Origin: an uncultured Acidobacteriaceae bacterium
Lineage (GTDB): Bacteria; Acidobacteriota; Terriglobia; Terriglobales; Acidobacteriaceae
Assembly (NCBI GenBank): GCA_963748225.1
Contig: CAVVHW010000015.1
Coordinates: 7,838-71,837, forward strand
Direction: 5' to 3'
DNA length: 64,000 nt
Position numbers and translations under genes: made by a program. Of this stretch, positions 37,423 to 46,966 are shown one piece after another (the stretch's first letter is position 1; every line of letters begins with the position of its first letter). The notes under the pieces are model-generated. The model had not been told where the DNA came from, searched no databases, and was given only the letters and a program-made list of their open reading frames with translations.

Positions 37423-37443
37423 GGGCGGCTTAGCGACATTCCG

Positions 37444-37839
37444 ATGACGGCTGAGAAGAAAAAGCGCAGCGGCGCCGATCCGATTATTCCGGACAAGCTT
37501 TACTTCCGCATCGGAGAAGTAGCCAGCCTCTGCCGTCTGCCAGCGTACGTGTTGCGCTTCTGGGAGACCGAATTCCCTCAACTCAAGCCAGTGAAGAGCA
37601 GCACCGGCCAGCGAATGTATCGCCAGCGTGACGTGGAGAATGTCCTGCGCATCAAGAAGCTGCTCTACGACGAGGGCTTCACCATCGCCGGCGCCCGCCA
37701 GCATCTCAAGGCCGAACTCAAACCGTCGCAACTGCAGGACGGCTTACCCTTCCCCAAGCGGCGTTCCGGCGACAGCCTGAAGAAAGTTCGGCAGGGCCTA
37801 CAGGAGATTCTGGGCATCCTCAACAAGAAGCGGCGGTGA
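37444..37839 (+). CDS. MerR-family transcriptional regulator
   Basis: YFRIGEVASLCRLPAYVLRFWETEFPQLKPVKSSTGQRMYRQRDVENVLRIKKLLYDEGFTIAGA is a MerR HTH plus wing. Confidence 0.85.
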   Translation: MTAEKKKRSGADPIIPDKLYFRIGEVASLCRLPAYVLRFWETEFPQLKPVKSSTGQRMYRQRDVENVLRIKKLLYDEGFTIAGARQHLKAELKPSQLQDGLPFPKRRSGDSLKKVRQGLQEILGILNKKRR

Positions 37840-38089
37840 AGAGGTTGGTCTGCCGCGGGCGGTAGTGGGTCAGTTTGAATTTCTGGAGTAGGCAGCCCGG
37901 AAGGCAAGCCAAAATCCAGTGGCAAAGATCAGAGTCACCACAATCGTCAAAATGAGTTGGTTATGTGTGGACGACATGAAAACACCGTTTACGACTCCGC
38001 TCCCTACCAGCAGAAACAGGATGGCAACCGCCCAGCCGAATGCCGCCAACACAGCGAGGACCCGCCGAGAATCGCCTTGACGTATCGCT

Positions 38090-38311
38090 TCATGCCACAC
38101 TCCGTTTCTTGTAAGGGCCGCGCTTCGCGGGCGTCTGGACTGAAACCAAGTGCGCCAATTCTTCAACACTCCAAACGTGATCGGTTAGTCCGGATTCCAT
38201 CGCAGGCGTCACTCGAAGCGTGGAATGGAGGCGCAAAAATTGTAGTACATGAAATACAGCGCGACCTTGCGAAGCCACGGCCTTTGCTTGAGCGCGTAGG
38301 CTCGTTCCCAT
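38090..38311 (-). pseudogene. IS1-like transposase remnant (second copy)
   Basis: ...LHSTLRVTPAMESGLTDHVWSVEELAHLV... is paralogous to 4705-4800 (HQTLRVTPAMEAGLTDHVWALTELL). The upstream part is out of frame or degenerate. Confidence 0.55.
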
Positions 38312-38383
38312 GATGCCACCAATTGGGAGCCGACGCGACGCTATGAGATTTCAAACTGAGACACTACCCCGCGGGCTTAGTGT

Positions 38384-38413
38384 TTGACCTTGCCTGCCCA
38401 AACACGCTACACT
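38384..38413 (+). promoter_or_regulatory. possible promoter of the rplU-rpmA operon with a long leader
   Basis: TTGACC (38384-38389), an 18-nt spacer, then TACACT (38408-38413). It would give a leader of about 230 nt before the rplU ATG. Confidence 0.3.
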
Positions 38414-38651
38414 TCTATGGTTTGCCTGTACTAGCAGCTCCCGTCAGGGACGGTCCCCGCCTTTCCGTGAAGGTTTCCTTCCCGGCTCGGGGAAGTGCAA
38501 GCGCACAAAGAGTTTAACGGCCGTTCGCGCCACAGGTGTGTGCGGCGCGTAAAGCCCGGGACGCTCGCTGACTCGCGAGCCGCCTGAGATGATGGCCTAG
38601 CAGCCACGCGTTGCGTAGCCTTTATCGGAAAAGTTCATTGGAGGCATTGCC

Positions 38652-38975
38652 ATGTACGCGGTGATCCGCGCCGGGGGGAAGCAGTATCGCGTCGCACCCG
38701 GAGACGTAATCAAGGTCGAGAAGCTGCCGCAGACCAGCGGTGAAAATATTCAGTTCGACGAAGTGCTGGCGGTCAGCGGCTCCGAAGGCGAACTTGGCAA
38801 GCCGGAGAAGGCCTTTGTTAGCGGCCAGGTGGTCGAACAAGGCCGCGCCGACAAGATCCTGGTCTTTCACTTCAAGCGCAAGAAGCAGTACAAGAAGCTG
38901 AACGGACATCGCCAGCCGTACACGGCCGTGAAGATCACTGGCATCAGCGTGGACGGCCAGGAATTGAAGGCTTAA
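38652..38975 (+). CDS. rplU: 50S ribosomal protein L21
   Basis: MYAVIRAGGKQYRVAPGDVIKVEKL...ILVFHFKRKKQYKKLNGHRQPYT is the L21 signature. Confidence 0.97.
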   Translation: MYAVIRAGGKQYRVAPGDVIKVEKLPQTSGENIQFDEVLAVSGSEGELGKPEKAFVSGQVVEQGRADKILVFHFKRKKQYKKLNGHRQPYTAVKITGISVDGQELKA

Positions 38976-39150
38976 CGGCCGATGCTAACCTGCCAGTTGA
39001 TCGTGGCGTTCGTCGCCGCAGTGAAGCGCTTTGATGCGGTGCTCATGCATCTTTCCGCGGCAGTCCGCCGGTTGGTCTCGCGGGCGCGGGTGAGCGACTC
39101 CGATTTGCAGGAAACATAAGTGGAAGAACTGATAACCGGCCCGTGAGTTT

Positions 39151-39189
39151 GTCATCACGAGGCGGTTTCCGCCGAGGGACCTGCTTTTC
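39151..39189. repeat. B-family hairpin repeat between rplU and rpmA
   Basis: gtcatcacgaggcggtttccgccgagggacctgcttttc. A partial extra head, gtcatcaca, lies at about 39215. Confidence 0.7.
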
Positions 39190-39253
39190 GCCGGTTCCCG
39201 CGGATGGCGACAACGTCATCACAGGGTAAAGATTTTTTTTTGAGGATATTGCG

Positions 39254-39526
39254 ATGGCACATAAAAAAGGTTTAGGTAGCTCTCGGAACGGTCGCGACTC
39301 GAACGCGCAGCGGCTGGGCGTCAAATCGTTCGGGGGCCAGCTGGTTTCGGGTGGCTCCATCATCGTGCGGCAACGCGGCACTCGCATTAAGCCGGGCATC
39401 AATGTTGGCCGCGGCAAAGACGACACCCTGTTCGCGAAGGTGACGGGCGTGGTTCAGTTCAAGGACCGCGGGCAGATGGGCAAGTTCGTGTCGGTTACCC
39501 CGCGGGAAACAGCAACTAGCAATTAG
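39254..39526 (+). CDS. rpmA: 50S ribosomal protein L27
   Basis: [29 protein letters not shown]...[10 protein letters not shown] is the L27 signature. Confidence 0.97.
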   Translation: MAHKKGLGSSRNGRDSNAQRLGVKSFGGQLVSGGSIIVRQRGTRIKPGINVGRGKDDTLFAKVTGVVQFKDRGQMGKFVSVTPRETATSN

Positions 39527-39551
39527 CAGCTAGCAACTAGTTATGAGGACG

Positions 39552-39577
39552 GGCCTCGTCGCGGCGAGGCCTTTTTC
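39552..39577 (+). terminator. rho-independent terminator after rpmA
   Basis: 7-bp GC-rich stem ggcctcg / cgaggcc with a 6-nt loop, then ttttt. Confidence 0.65.
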
Positions 39578-39589
39578 GTTGGGGAGCCG

Positions 39590-39770
39590 TCAGCTATCAG
39601 CCATCAGCTTTCAGCTAGCCCGCAAAGTTGGGGCACCGAGGTTCATCCGCGAAAACCCCTAGGACTGCCTTCGACGACCGAGTCTACTCGAGGCAGAAAG
39701 CCGATGGCTGACGGCTGAAAGCTGACAGCAGTTTCACTAGCCCCTAACCACTATCCACTAGCCCCTGTTT
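39590..39770. repeat. oligomer-repeat block upstream of obg
   Basis: gtcagctatcagccatcagctttcagctagcc ... gccgatggctgacggctgaaagctgacagc (inverted copies) and cactagcccctaaccactatccactagcccctg. Similar oligomers occur at 1096-1125, 34985-35020, 50395-50420 and 51871-51982. Confidence 0.55.
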
Positions 39771-39774
39771 CCCC

Positions 39775-40803
39775 ATGTTCGTTGATGAAGCAAAAATCCG
39801 AGTGAAAGCCGGCGACGGCGGCAACGGCTGCATGGCCTTCCGGCGCGAAAAATTCGTTCCGCGCGGAGGTCCGTCTGGTGGCGATGGCGGTCATGGTGGC
39901 GACGTCGTGATGGAGTCGAGCGAGCGCCACAATACGCTGGTGCACTTCCGCTTCAATCCCGAATACAAAGCGGAGCGTGGACGCCACGGCGAAGGTTCCA
40001 ACAAAACCGGTCGCGAGGGCGAAAGCGTCGTCTTGAAAGTACCCGTCGGCACGATCGTTTATGACGAGATGACCGGCGAAGTGGTGCACGACTTCTCGCA
40101 TCCCGACGAGCGCGTCGTGGTGGCACGAGGCGGTCGAGGCGGTCGAGGCAATGCCCGTTTCGCGACCTCGACCCATCAGGCCCCTCGCGAGCATGAAGAA
40201 GGCAAACCCGGAGAAGAGCGCGACCTGCGACTTGAGTTGAAACTGCTCGCCGATGTTGGGCTGGTCGGCTATCCCAATGCCGGCAAGAGCACGTTGATCT
40301 CGCGCATCTCGGCGGCGCGTCCCAAGATCGCCGATTATCCCTTCACCACGTTGCAGCCAAACCTTGGCGTCGTAGCCGTCGGAGAAGCGCGCGAAGAGGT
40401 CAGCTTCGTGGTGGCCGACATTCCTGGCCTCATTGAGGGAGCCAGCCAGGGCGCGGGGTTGGGCACACAATTTCTGCGGCACATCGAGCGCACCCGGCTG
40501 CTCGTGCACCTGGTGGATGTCTCCGATGCCAGCGGACGTCCTGACCCGGTGCAGGATTACGAAGTCATCACCGGCGAGCTCGCGACCTTCGGCGCTGGGC
40601 TCGACACTAAGCCGACGATTGTTGTCGCCTCAAAGATAGATGTGGCGAACAAAGACAAGCTGGCAAAACTGAAACACTACTGCAAGCGCAAGAAGCTGGA
40701 GTTGTTTCCCATCTCGGCCGTTACCGGCGAAGGGATTGACGACCTGAAGTGGGCGATGGCCGAGCGGGTTGAGAAACTGCGGAAGTCAGGGGCCAGGGAC
40801 TAG
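39775..40803 (+). CDS. obg: GTPase Obg/CgtA
   Basis: [27 protein letters not shown]...[10 protein letters not shown] (Obg fold), then the G domain [22 protein letters not shown]. Confidence 0.96.
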   Translation: MFVDEAKIRVKAGDGGNGCMAFRREKFVPRGGPSGGDGGHGGDVVMESSERHNTLVHFRFNPEYKAERGRHGEGSNKTGREGESVVLKVPVGTIVYDEMTGEVVHDFSHPDERVVVARGGRGGRGNARFATSTHQAPREHEEGKPGEERDLRLELKLLADVGLVGYPNAGKSTLISRISAARPKIADYPFTTLQPNLGVVAVGEAREEVSFVVADIPGLIEGASQGAGLGTQFLRHIERTRLLVHLVDVSDASGRPDPVQDYEVITGELATFGAGLDTKPTIVVASKIDVANKDKLAKLKHYCKRKKLELFPISAVTGEGIDDLKWAMAERVEKLRKSGARD

Positions 40804-40903
40804 GGGTTAGTGGTGGGGGTCTGCAGCATGGTGAAGACCATGCAGTACGGCCACGAGTCTGAACAATTCTGGAACTTCAACCGGCGCACGGGCGTATCAA
40901 CTC

Positions 40904-41779
40904 GTGTTCCCGGAGGACATTCTGCGCAGGAAATGGAAAGAAGTCGGACTTGGTCTGCTGAACCTGGTGGCCGTCGTTGCAGTGATAGTGGTATTTCAGC
41001 CGCTGGTGCGGAAGCACATGTTCTGGGCGGGGGCTGGCGTCATGGCGGTGCTCGTCCTCGCCACTTACATTCTGGCTTCCAGATTGATCGAGCGGCGTAT
41101 CCCGACGGAGTTTGCGGCCAACCGCGCTTTGCCGGAATGCGCCACGGGAATCGCTCTCGGCTTTGTCCTGTTCGCGGCCGTGATGGCGACCCTGCTCGCG
41201 ATGGGCGTCTATCATCCCGAAGGCTGGGGCACGACCAGCGGCCTAGCCAGCGGACTCTTTTTCTCCGTGCTGACAGGCATCACGGAAGAGATCCTGTTTC
41301 GCGGGCTTCTCTTTCGACTGAGTTCGAAGATTGTGGGAACGTGGGGCGCATTGATTTTTACCTCCGGACTCTTTGGCCTGGCACATCTGGCCAATCGCGG
41401 GGCCTCCATCCGCAGCTCGATAGCGATTGCACTAGAGGCAGGCGTCCTGCTGGGCGCCACCTATGCGGCGACACGGCGACTGTGGCTGCCCATCGGGCTG
41501 CATGCCGGCTGGAATTTCACGGAAGGCTCGCTCTTTGGCATGACGCTCTCGGGCAACACCATGGGAGTCGGGTTGCTGCGCGGATCGCTGAGTGGGCCGG
41601 TGACCCTGACCGGCGGCACGTTCGGGCCGGAAGCCTCGATTGTGGCGGTGTTAGTCTGCCTGGTCGCAGCGCTCTTCTTCCTGTGGAGGATTGTGAAATT
41701 GCACCGCGTCGAAGCTCCGATGTGGAGCAAGGCACCTGACTATATACCAGGGGCAGAGCGCTCTGCTCTCGTGAAGTGA
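40904..41779 (+). CDS. CPBP-family intramembrane glutamic endopeptidase (CAAX protease / Abi)
   Basis: Multiple TM segments with ITEEILFRGLLF, GLFGLAHL and GLHAGWN, the three CPBP motifs. The start (GTG 40904) is uncertain. Confidence 0.85.
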   Translation: MFPEDILRRKWKEVGLGLLNLVAVVAVIVVFQPLVRKHMFWAGAGVMAVLVLATYILASRLIERRIPTEFAANRALPECATGIALGFVLFAAVMATLLAMGVYHPEGWGTTSGLASGLFFSVLTGITEEILFRGLLFRLSSKIVGTWGALIFTSGLFGLAHLANRGASIRSSIAIALEAGVLLGATYAATRRLWLPIGLHAGWNFTEGSLFGMTLSGNTMGVGLLRGSLSGPVTLTGGTFGPEASIVAVLVCLVAALFFLWRIVKLHRVEAPMWSKAPDYIPGAERSALVK

Positions 41780-41794
41780 TACGCTGTTTCCGCC

Positions 41795-42295
41795 ATGACT
41801 GCCGATGAAGTCAAACAACTGCTGCAGCTACAACCGCTCTCCATTGAGGGTGGCTTCTTTCGTGAAACCTATCGCTCGCGCTGGAATGTCTCGGCGGAAT
41901 ATCTGCCTGAGGGCGTTCGTGGTTCGCGCTCCATCGGTACTGCAATCTACTACATGATCACGCCGGAAACGTTCTCGGCCTTGCATCGGCTGCCGGGCTC
42001 TGAGGTGTTTCATTTCTATCTCGGCGATTCGGCGATCATGCTGCAGTTGCTGCCTGACGGGAGTTCGCAGACGATCACGCTGGGTAGCGACCTCGCCGGC
42101 GGACAGCATCCGCAAGTGGTGGTTCGCGGCGGCATATGGCAAGGATGCAAGCTCGCACCCGGTGGCAGATTCGCGCTAATGGGGACAACCATGTCTCCCG
42201 GCTTCGATTACGCGGATTATGAAAATGGCAATCGCGACGAATTGAGCGCCCAGTATCCAGGCGCGGCGGAGTTGATTCGTCAGTACACGCGGTAA
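41795..42295 (+). CDS. cupin-fold protein (DUF985 family)
   Basis: LSIEGGFFRETYRS...GTAIYYMIT...SALHRL..SEVFHFYLGD...GGIWQG are typical of DUF985 cupins. Confidence 0.8.
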   Translation: MTADEVKQLLQLQPLSIEGGFFRETYRSRWNVSAEYLPEGVRGSRSIGTAIYYMITPETFSALHRLPGSEVFHFYLGDSAIMLQLLPDGSSQTITLGSDLAGGQHPQVVVRGGIWQGCKLAPGGRFALMGTTMSPGFDYADYENGNRDELSAQYPGAAELIRQYTR

Positions 42296-42333
42296 GAAAC
42301 GCAACCACGGGCGATCTTCGCCCCGGAGTCGCT

Positions 42334-42714
42334 TTAGTTTTGGGGGGCCGGGTGTTCTGCCGGCGCTGTCTTCACACCCCGTCGCTGCTCCTCCCGGTTG
42401 ATTTGCGTGCGCAGCTCGCGGATCAAAATCCTCCACATGCGGGCGTTGCTATTCAGCAGGATTTGCAGGTTCTGGTCCCGCAAGAACGTGATCTCGCCGC
42501 TCATGTTGTTCAGCAGGCTTTCCATGTGGTCGAGATCGGTCCGCATTTGCGCCAGATCGTCAGTCGCATCAGCCGGCGACGGTCGCGTCGTGGATTGGCC
42601 CACCGCTTCCGCCTGATTCTGCCCATTCTGAGCCGACGGGCTCGGCTGACCACCGCCGCTTTGCGCCCATACGGTCGAAGTCAACAGCAGTAGACAAATC
42701 ATTTGCCGCAGCAT
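42334..42714 (-). CDS. hypothetical secreted protein
   Basis: MLRQMICLLLLTSTVWAQ signal, a Gln/Gly-rich region, then a predicted helical C-terminal region. GGAGGAGG precedes ATG 42714. Confidence 0.5.
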   Translation of the reverse strand: MLRQMICLLLLTSTVWAQSGGGQPSPSAQNGQNQAEAVGQSTTRPSPADATDDLAQMRTDLDHMESLLNNMSGEITFLRDQNLQILLNSNARMWRILIRELRTQINREEQRRGVKTAPAEHPAPQN

Positions 42715-42983
42715 CGCCTCACCTCCTCCTAGAGTGTAACGGTGTTGAGCTGGCCCCATGAAACGCCAGGCCTCCGCGGACACGCATTTCGAAAGAGAAA
42801 TGTGGGCGCTCCGCGCTCTGCAAACCGACCGCTTTACCCAATCTTCCTGATTTCACTTTGCAACGTTCCCTCTGTTCGCACCTGTAATGGTGCGTTACTA
42901 TTCCTTGTTCTCCACATTCAGTCCGCGGATGCATTGCGGTGCAGTATTCCCCATGGCCCGTTCTAAAGATAGAAAGGCTACCT

Positions 42984-44504
42984 ATGAGTCCACGTGTCAA
43001 ATCGGTTGCAGCGAAGTTGCTACCAGAAAGAACCAGACCGTCCAAGTTCGCACGCACAATAACTACAATGCCTGCGACGAGCAGCGAATATGGAATCGAA
43101 GGGCTGCGCGCACCGGGGGATCGAGCCGGCAAATTTGATTTGCGAACCGCCAACAACCCCTGGGAGAAGCGGCGGGCCATTGGTAAAGGACTGCGCGCTC
43201 GCGCGGCGCGGGAGAGCCACGCCGGCACCAAACCAGTCGCCAACCGCCCGGACGCTCTCGATTTGCTGGCAGCGAACAACGTGGGGCGGCAGGAGCATTT
43301 GATACCGCTGCGTATGGGACGGATGGCAGCTTCGCCGTTTACTTTCCTGCGTGGCGCGGCCTGTGTCATGGCGTGGGACCTCTCGCGGACCCCAACCTCG
43401 GGTATTCATGTGGTCATGTGCGGCGACGCACACATCAACAACTTCGGGCTTTACGGTACGCCGCAGCGCGACGTCATCTTCGACTTGAACGATTTCGATG
43501 AGGTCACCATCGGTCCGTGGGAGTGGGACTTGAAGCGGTTGGTGGCCAGCGTCAATGTGGCCGGCCGCGAAAACGGATTGAACAAGAAGGAGCGCGCCGA
43601 TGCGGTTATGCGCGCGGTCGAAGGCTATCGCTTTAACATCACGCGATTGCAGAATATGGGCGTGCTCGACATCTGGTATCTGCACGCCTATCCCGACCGC
43701 AAAAGTCCGTTGGTGCAGATGGATGCCAAGTCCAGTGCGGTAATTGCCAAGTGCGTAGCCAAGGCGCGGCAACAGACCAACGCTACTCTGCTGACCAAGG
43801 TCTCCGAGCGCGGGGTCTCTGGTGGGTGGCGCTTACGGGAAGAGCCGCCAGTGCTCACCCATGTGGATGAGCCGACGCGGGACAAGATCATTGACGGGCT
43901 CAACGAATATGCTGAGTCCCTGCCGCTCGAACGCCGCTACATGCTCAGCCGCTACCACGTGGTTGACGTTGCCCATCGTGTCGTCGGTGTGGGCAGTGTG
44001 GGGACGCGGGCTTACCTGGCGTTGCTATTTGGCAGCGACGACAACGACCCGCTGTTTCTGCAAATTAAAGAGTGCGTGTCCCCGGCCCACGCACCCTATG
44101 TTCCCCGGCTGCCGAAGCAGTACATAGAGCATGAGGGTCGCCGTGTGGTGGTGGGTCAACGGGCGCTGCAGGCATCCGGCGACATCATGCTGGGAATCAC
44201 CACGATTGATGGCCGCCCTTATTTCGTGCGGCAGATGAAAAATATGAAGGCGTCAATCCCCGTGGAGTGGTTGACGGGCGACTCGTTCAACTTTTACGCC
44301 TGGGCATGCGGAACGCTGCTGGGCCGAGCCCACGCGCGTGCCGGTGACGCGGCCGCTATCGCCGGCTATTGCGGGGGCTCCGCGGTGCTCGACAGGGCAC
44401 TGGCGACATGGGCAGAAGCCTACGGCGATCAGACCGAACAGGACCATGATCGCCTGGTCAAGGCCATCAAGTCGGGCAAGGTGAAGGCGACTATGGACGC
44501 GTAA
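42984..44504 (+). CDS. DUF2252-domain protein
   Basis: SPFTFLRGAACVMAWDL, GDAHINNFGLY and FDLNDFDE are the conserved DUF2252 blocks. Start taken at MSPRVKSV. Confidence 0.8.
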   Translation: MSPRVKSVAAKLLPERTRPSKFARTITTMPATSSEYGIEGLRAPGDRAGKFDLRTANNPWEKRRAIGKGLRARAARESHAGTKPVANRPDALDLLAANNVGRQEHLIPLRMGRMAASPFTFLRGAACVMAWDLSRTPTSGIHVVMCGDAHINNFGLYGTPQRDVIFDLNDFDEVTIGPWEWDLKRLVASVNVAGRENGLNKKERADAVMRAVEGYRFNITRLQNMGVLDIWYLHAYPDRKSPLVQMDAKSSAVIAKCVAKARQQTNATLLTKVSERGVSGGWRLREEPPVLTHVDEPTRDKIIDGLNEYAESLPLERRYMLSRYHVVDVAHRVVGVGSVGTRAYLALLFGSDDNDPLFLQIKECVSPAHAPYVPRLPKQYIEHEGRRVVVGQRALQASGDIMLGITTIDGRPYFVRQMKNMKASIPVEWLTGDSFNFYAWACGTLLGRAHARAGDAAAIAGYCGGSAVLDRALATWAEAYGDQTEQDHDRLVKAIKSGKVKATMDA

Positions 44505-44608
44505 GGAGATTACAGCATCGCAGTTATTGAGCGCCGGCGGACCGCTCTCTGCCGCATGTGATACCGATTCAGTATCATCAGAAAACCAACTTCTTGTGGA
44601 GACAACCG

Positions 44609-45460
44609 GTGCATCGAGCGACGCTGGGCGACTTTGAACTCACTATTCTTTCCGACGGGATCTATCGCATGGATGGCGGAGCCATGTTCGGCATCATCCC
44701 CAAGGTGATGTGGGAAAAGCGCATCCAACCGGACGAGCGCAATACCATTCCACTGGCGCTCAATTCGTTGCTGATTCGCACCGGCAAGCAGAACATCCTC
44801 GTCGAGACCGGCATCGGCAGCAAGCTCAGCGAAAAAAGCCGGTCCATATACCAGAACCAGGCGCTGCTGATGAAGAGTCTTGAAGCGGCCGGCATTTCGC
44901 CCGACGAGATTGACATCGTCATCAACACGCATCTGCACTTCGACCATTGCGGCTGGAATACCTACTACAAAGACGGCAAGCCGGTGCCCACCTTCCCGCG
45001 CGCCCGGTACTACGTGCAGGAGGGCGAGTGGCGCCACGCCCGCGAGCAGCACGAGCGCGACCGCGTCAGCTACATGACCGACAACTACGATCCCCTGGTT
45101 GCGAGCGGACAGATGCAATTGCTCAAGGGCGACGCCGAGATTGCCCCCGGCGTCTCGGTGAAGGTTTATTCGGGCCACACTCGCGATTTGCAAGCAGTCG
45201 TGGTGCGCAGCGGCGGCCAAGTGGCCTGTTATCCCAGCGACCTGGTGTCGGACGCCAAACACCTCGATCCCGTCTGGGTGCTTGGGTACGACCTGTATCC
45301 ATTGGACACCATCGCTAACAAGCATCGCCTCTACGATGTTGCAATTCCTGAACAGTGGCTGATGGTCTTTACCCACGATCACGACACGCCGTGGGCTTAC
45401 CTCGAAGCGGGCGACAAGGGGCGCCCGGTGGCGAGACCGGTAAAGGAAGCGGCGGGCTGA
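44609..45460 (+). CDS. MBL-fold metallo-hydrolase
   Basis: NTHLHFDHCGWN (HxHxDH motif), later GHT and HD. GTG 44609 lies 6 nt after GGAGA and is preferred over GTG 44558. Confidence 0.85.
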   Translation: MHRATLGDFELTILSDGIYRMDGGAMFGIIPKVMWEKRIQPDERNTIPLALNSLLIRTGKQNILVETGIGSKLSEKSRSIYQNQALLMKSLEAAGISPDEIDIVINTHLHFDHCGWNTYYKDGKPVPTFPRARYYVQEGEWRHAREQHERDRVSYMTDNYDPLVASGQMQLLKGDAEIAPGVSVKVYSGHTRDLQAVVVRSGGQVACYPSDLVSDAKHLDPVWVLGYDLYPLDTIANKHRLYDVAIPEQWLMVFTHDHDTPWAYLEAGDKGRPVARPVKEAAG

Positions 45461-45628
45461 ACCATCCTCCTGGCGTTGTGATCAAGAGGCGTGGCCCCGG
45501 GGCTGTTTTTGATCTCCGCTGCGTTTAGCGGCGGCACATTTTTGCGGAAAATCTCTACACCTAAGAGCCATTGACGCACCGCCCCGCAATATCTACGTTG
45601 TATGGTGTACCACATTGTGGGGGTCACG

Positions 45629-45937
45629 ATGAGCAAGAAAAGCAAGAAGAAAGACCGTAAGAACAAGCACAAGAAAGCGATAGGCTCGTCGGAAAGCACC
45701 GTAACCAGTCTGGACCTACGCTCAGTCGCGATCCCATCCCGCCCTAGGCCGCTCAAGCCGGCCGAGATCCGAGCGATGCGGACGGCCATGAATGCCAGTC
45801 AGGCGCTGTTCGCGCGTCTGCTCAATGTCAGTTCCAATGCAGTCGAGAGCTGGGAGCAGGGTATCCGGCAGCCGCGACAGGCTACCCTGAAGCTGTTGCA
45901 CATCGCCCGGAAGAATCCGAAAGCGCTGCTCGGCTAA
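45629..45937 (+). CDS. XRE-family HTH protein, HigA/YiaG-like orphan antitoxin with Lys-rich N-tail
   Basis: KPAEIRAMRTAMNASQALFARLLNVSSNAVESWEQGIRQPRQATLKLLHIARKNPKAL matches the COG2944-type antitoxin HTH. The N-terminus is MSKKSKKKDRKNKHKK. No partner toxin ORF is adjacent. Confidence 0.7.
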   Translation: MSKKSKKKDRKNKHKKAIGSSESTVTSLDLRSVAIPSRPRPLKPAEIRAMRTAMNASQALFARLLNVSSNAVESWEQGIRQPRQATLKLLHIARKNPKALLG

Positions 45938-45982
45938 GCCGCATGCCGCGAATCCAGAATGTTTTCTTCTGTCTCGCCGCAG

Positions 45983-46011
45983 AAAAAAGCCGGAGCTGGT
46001 TGGCCCCGGCT
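45983..46011 (-). terminator. terminator after the first PEP-CTERM paralog
   Basis: Plus strand aaaaaagccggagctggttggccccggc. On the gene strand this is a GC stem followed by a U-run, 22 nt after the stop. Confidence 0.45.
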
Positions 46012-46032
46012 ATGAAGTGAAATTCTGCGAAA

Positions 46033-46689
46033 CTACCGGTTCAACTTGCGGCGGATAACACCGAATGCTCCGACCAAACCGGTGCCGAGCATCAACAGAG
46101 AGCTAGGCTCTGGGGTGGTGGTGCTGCCATTAGTCTGTATCCACATGCCACCCAGGACTTGGCCCGGGAACTGGTTCCAGCCGCTGCCTGAGTTTTGATC
46201 AAGCTGGCCAAGGAAGCCGTTTGAATTCTGATTCCAGGCGTCCCATGTGGTGGCGTCGGCCAGGATTACCACAAAATACTGACCTCCAGCGGTGAGAGTG
46301 CCCCCGGTACCGGTCACAGTCAGCTCACAAGGGTTTGGACAGTTAGAACCGAAGGTCGCGGCGTTGTTGAGACTCCCCACGGAGCCAATGGGGCTTCCCG
46401 GCGCACCACCAACATCGGTGTAGAGCTGTACACTGGCACCGTTGTCGCCGGCCGCATAGCCTATGTCGATGGAAATCGAGCTGACCGTGCCGCTGGTTGC
46501 GGAAGTGAACAGCTGAGCATCCTCGACGAGTCCGACCAGTGAGCCCGATCCGCCAATGGTCCAGCCACTGCAGCAATTGGAACCGGTGGGGAGAGTGTTG
46601 TTATAAGCGGTGCCGGCCATCGCCGGCAAAGTGCTGACGCAGAGAGCGAGCGCCAGCGAACATAACATCCATGCAAATTTCTTGTTCAA
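46033..46689 (-). CDS. PEP-CTERM sorting-domain secreted protein (paralog 1)
   Basis: Signal peptide MNKKFAWMLCSLALALCVSTLPAMA and C-terminal TTTPEPSSLLMLGTGLVGAFGVIRRKLNR (PEP motif, TM, basic tail). TTG start with GGAGGAT upstream. Confidence 0.88.
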   Translation of the reverse strand: MNKKFAWMLCSLALALCVSTLPAMAGTAYNNTLPTGSNCCSGWTIGGSGSLVGLVEDAQLFTSATSGTVSSISIDIGYAAGDNGASVQLYTDVGGAPGSPIGSVGSLNNAATFGSNCPNPCELTVTGTGGTLTAGGQYFVVILADATTWDAWNQNSNGFLGQLDQNSGSGWNQFPGQVLGGMWIQTNGSTTTPEPSSLLMLGTGLVGAFGVIRRKLNR

Positions 46690-46966
46690 GTTGGTATCCT
46701 CCGCGGTTGAGAGCCTTGCCTCGCGAGATTGCGACTGCTAACTCGAACCCCTTGCGGTGCTCGCGGGGGGGGCCAGATTTGAATGTCTAACTCGAACACC
46801 TTGCGAGTGTTCACCGGGGCTGATAGTGCTCAATGAGCGGATTGCAACGAAGGATCGCTCACTGCCTGGAACTCTCGAAGACGCCAGCCCACGCAGCAGG
46901 AAGGCATCCCGAAACAGACCATTGGGTATCGAGATGCAATTATGGTTCCGCGCTAACTGGTTGGGA

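Noticed and set aside
37870-38169. 99-aa minus-strand ORF with two hydrophobic segments after the MerR gene.
   Set aside because: Its first third overlaps the IS1-like remnant in another frame, no canonical start lies near the hydrophobic part, and there is no SD. This is too weak to call.
38976-39253. Possible missing Prp (L27 N-terminal processing protease) gene between rplU and rpmA.
   Set aside because: No ORF with a protease-like sequence is present. The minus-strand ORF 39043-39426 is the translation of the B-family repeat plus antisense rpmA. L27 here starts MAHKKG with no propeptide, so no Prp is expected.
40810-41739. 309-aa ORF overlapping the CPBP protease gene in another frame.
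   Set aside because: It has Arg/Gly-rich, non-membrane composition. The 40904 frame carries all three CPBP motifs and its TM segments.
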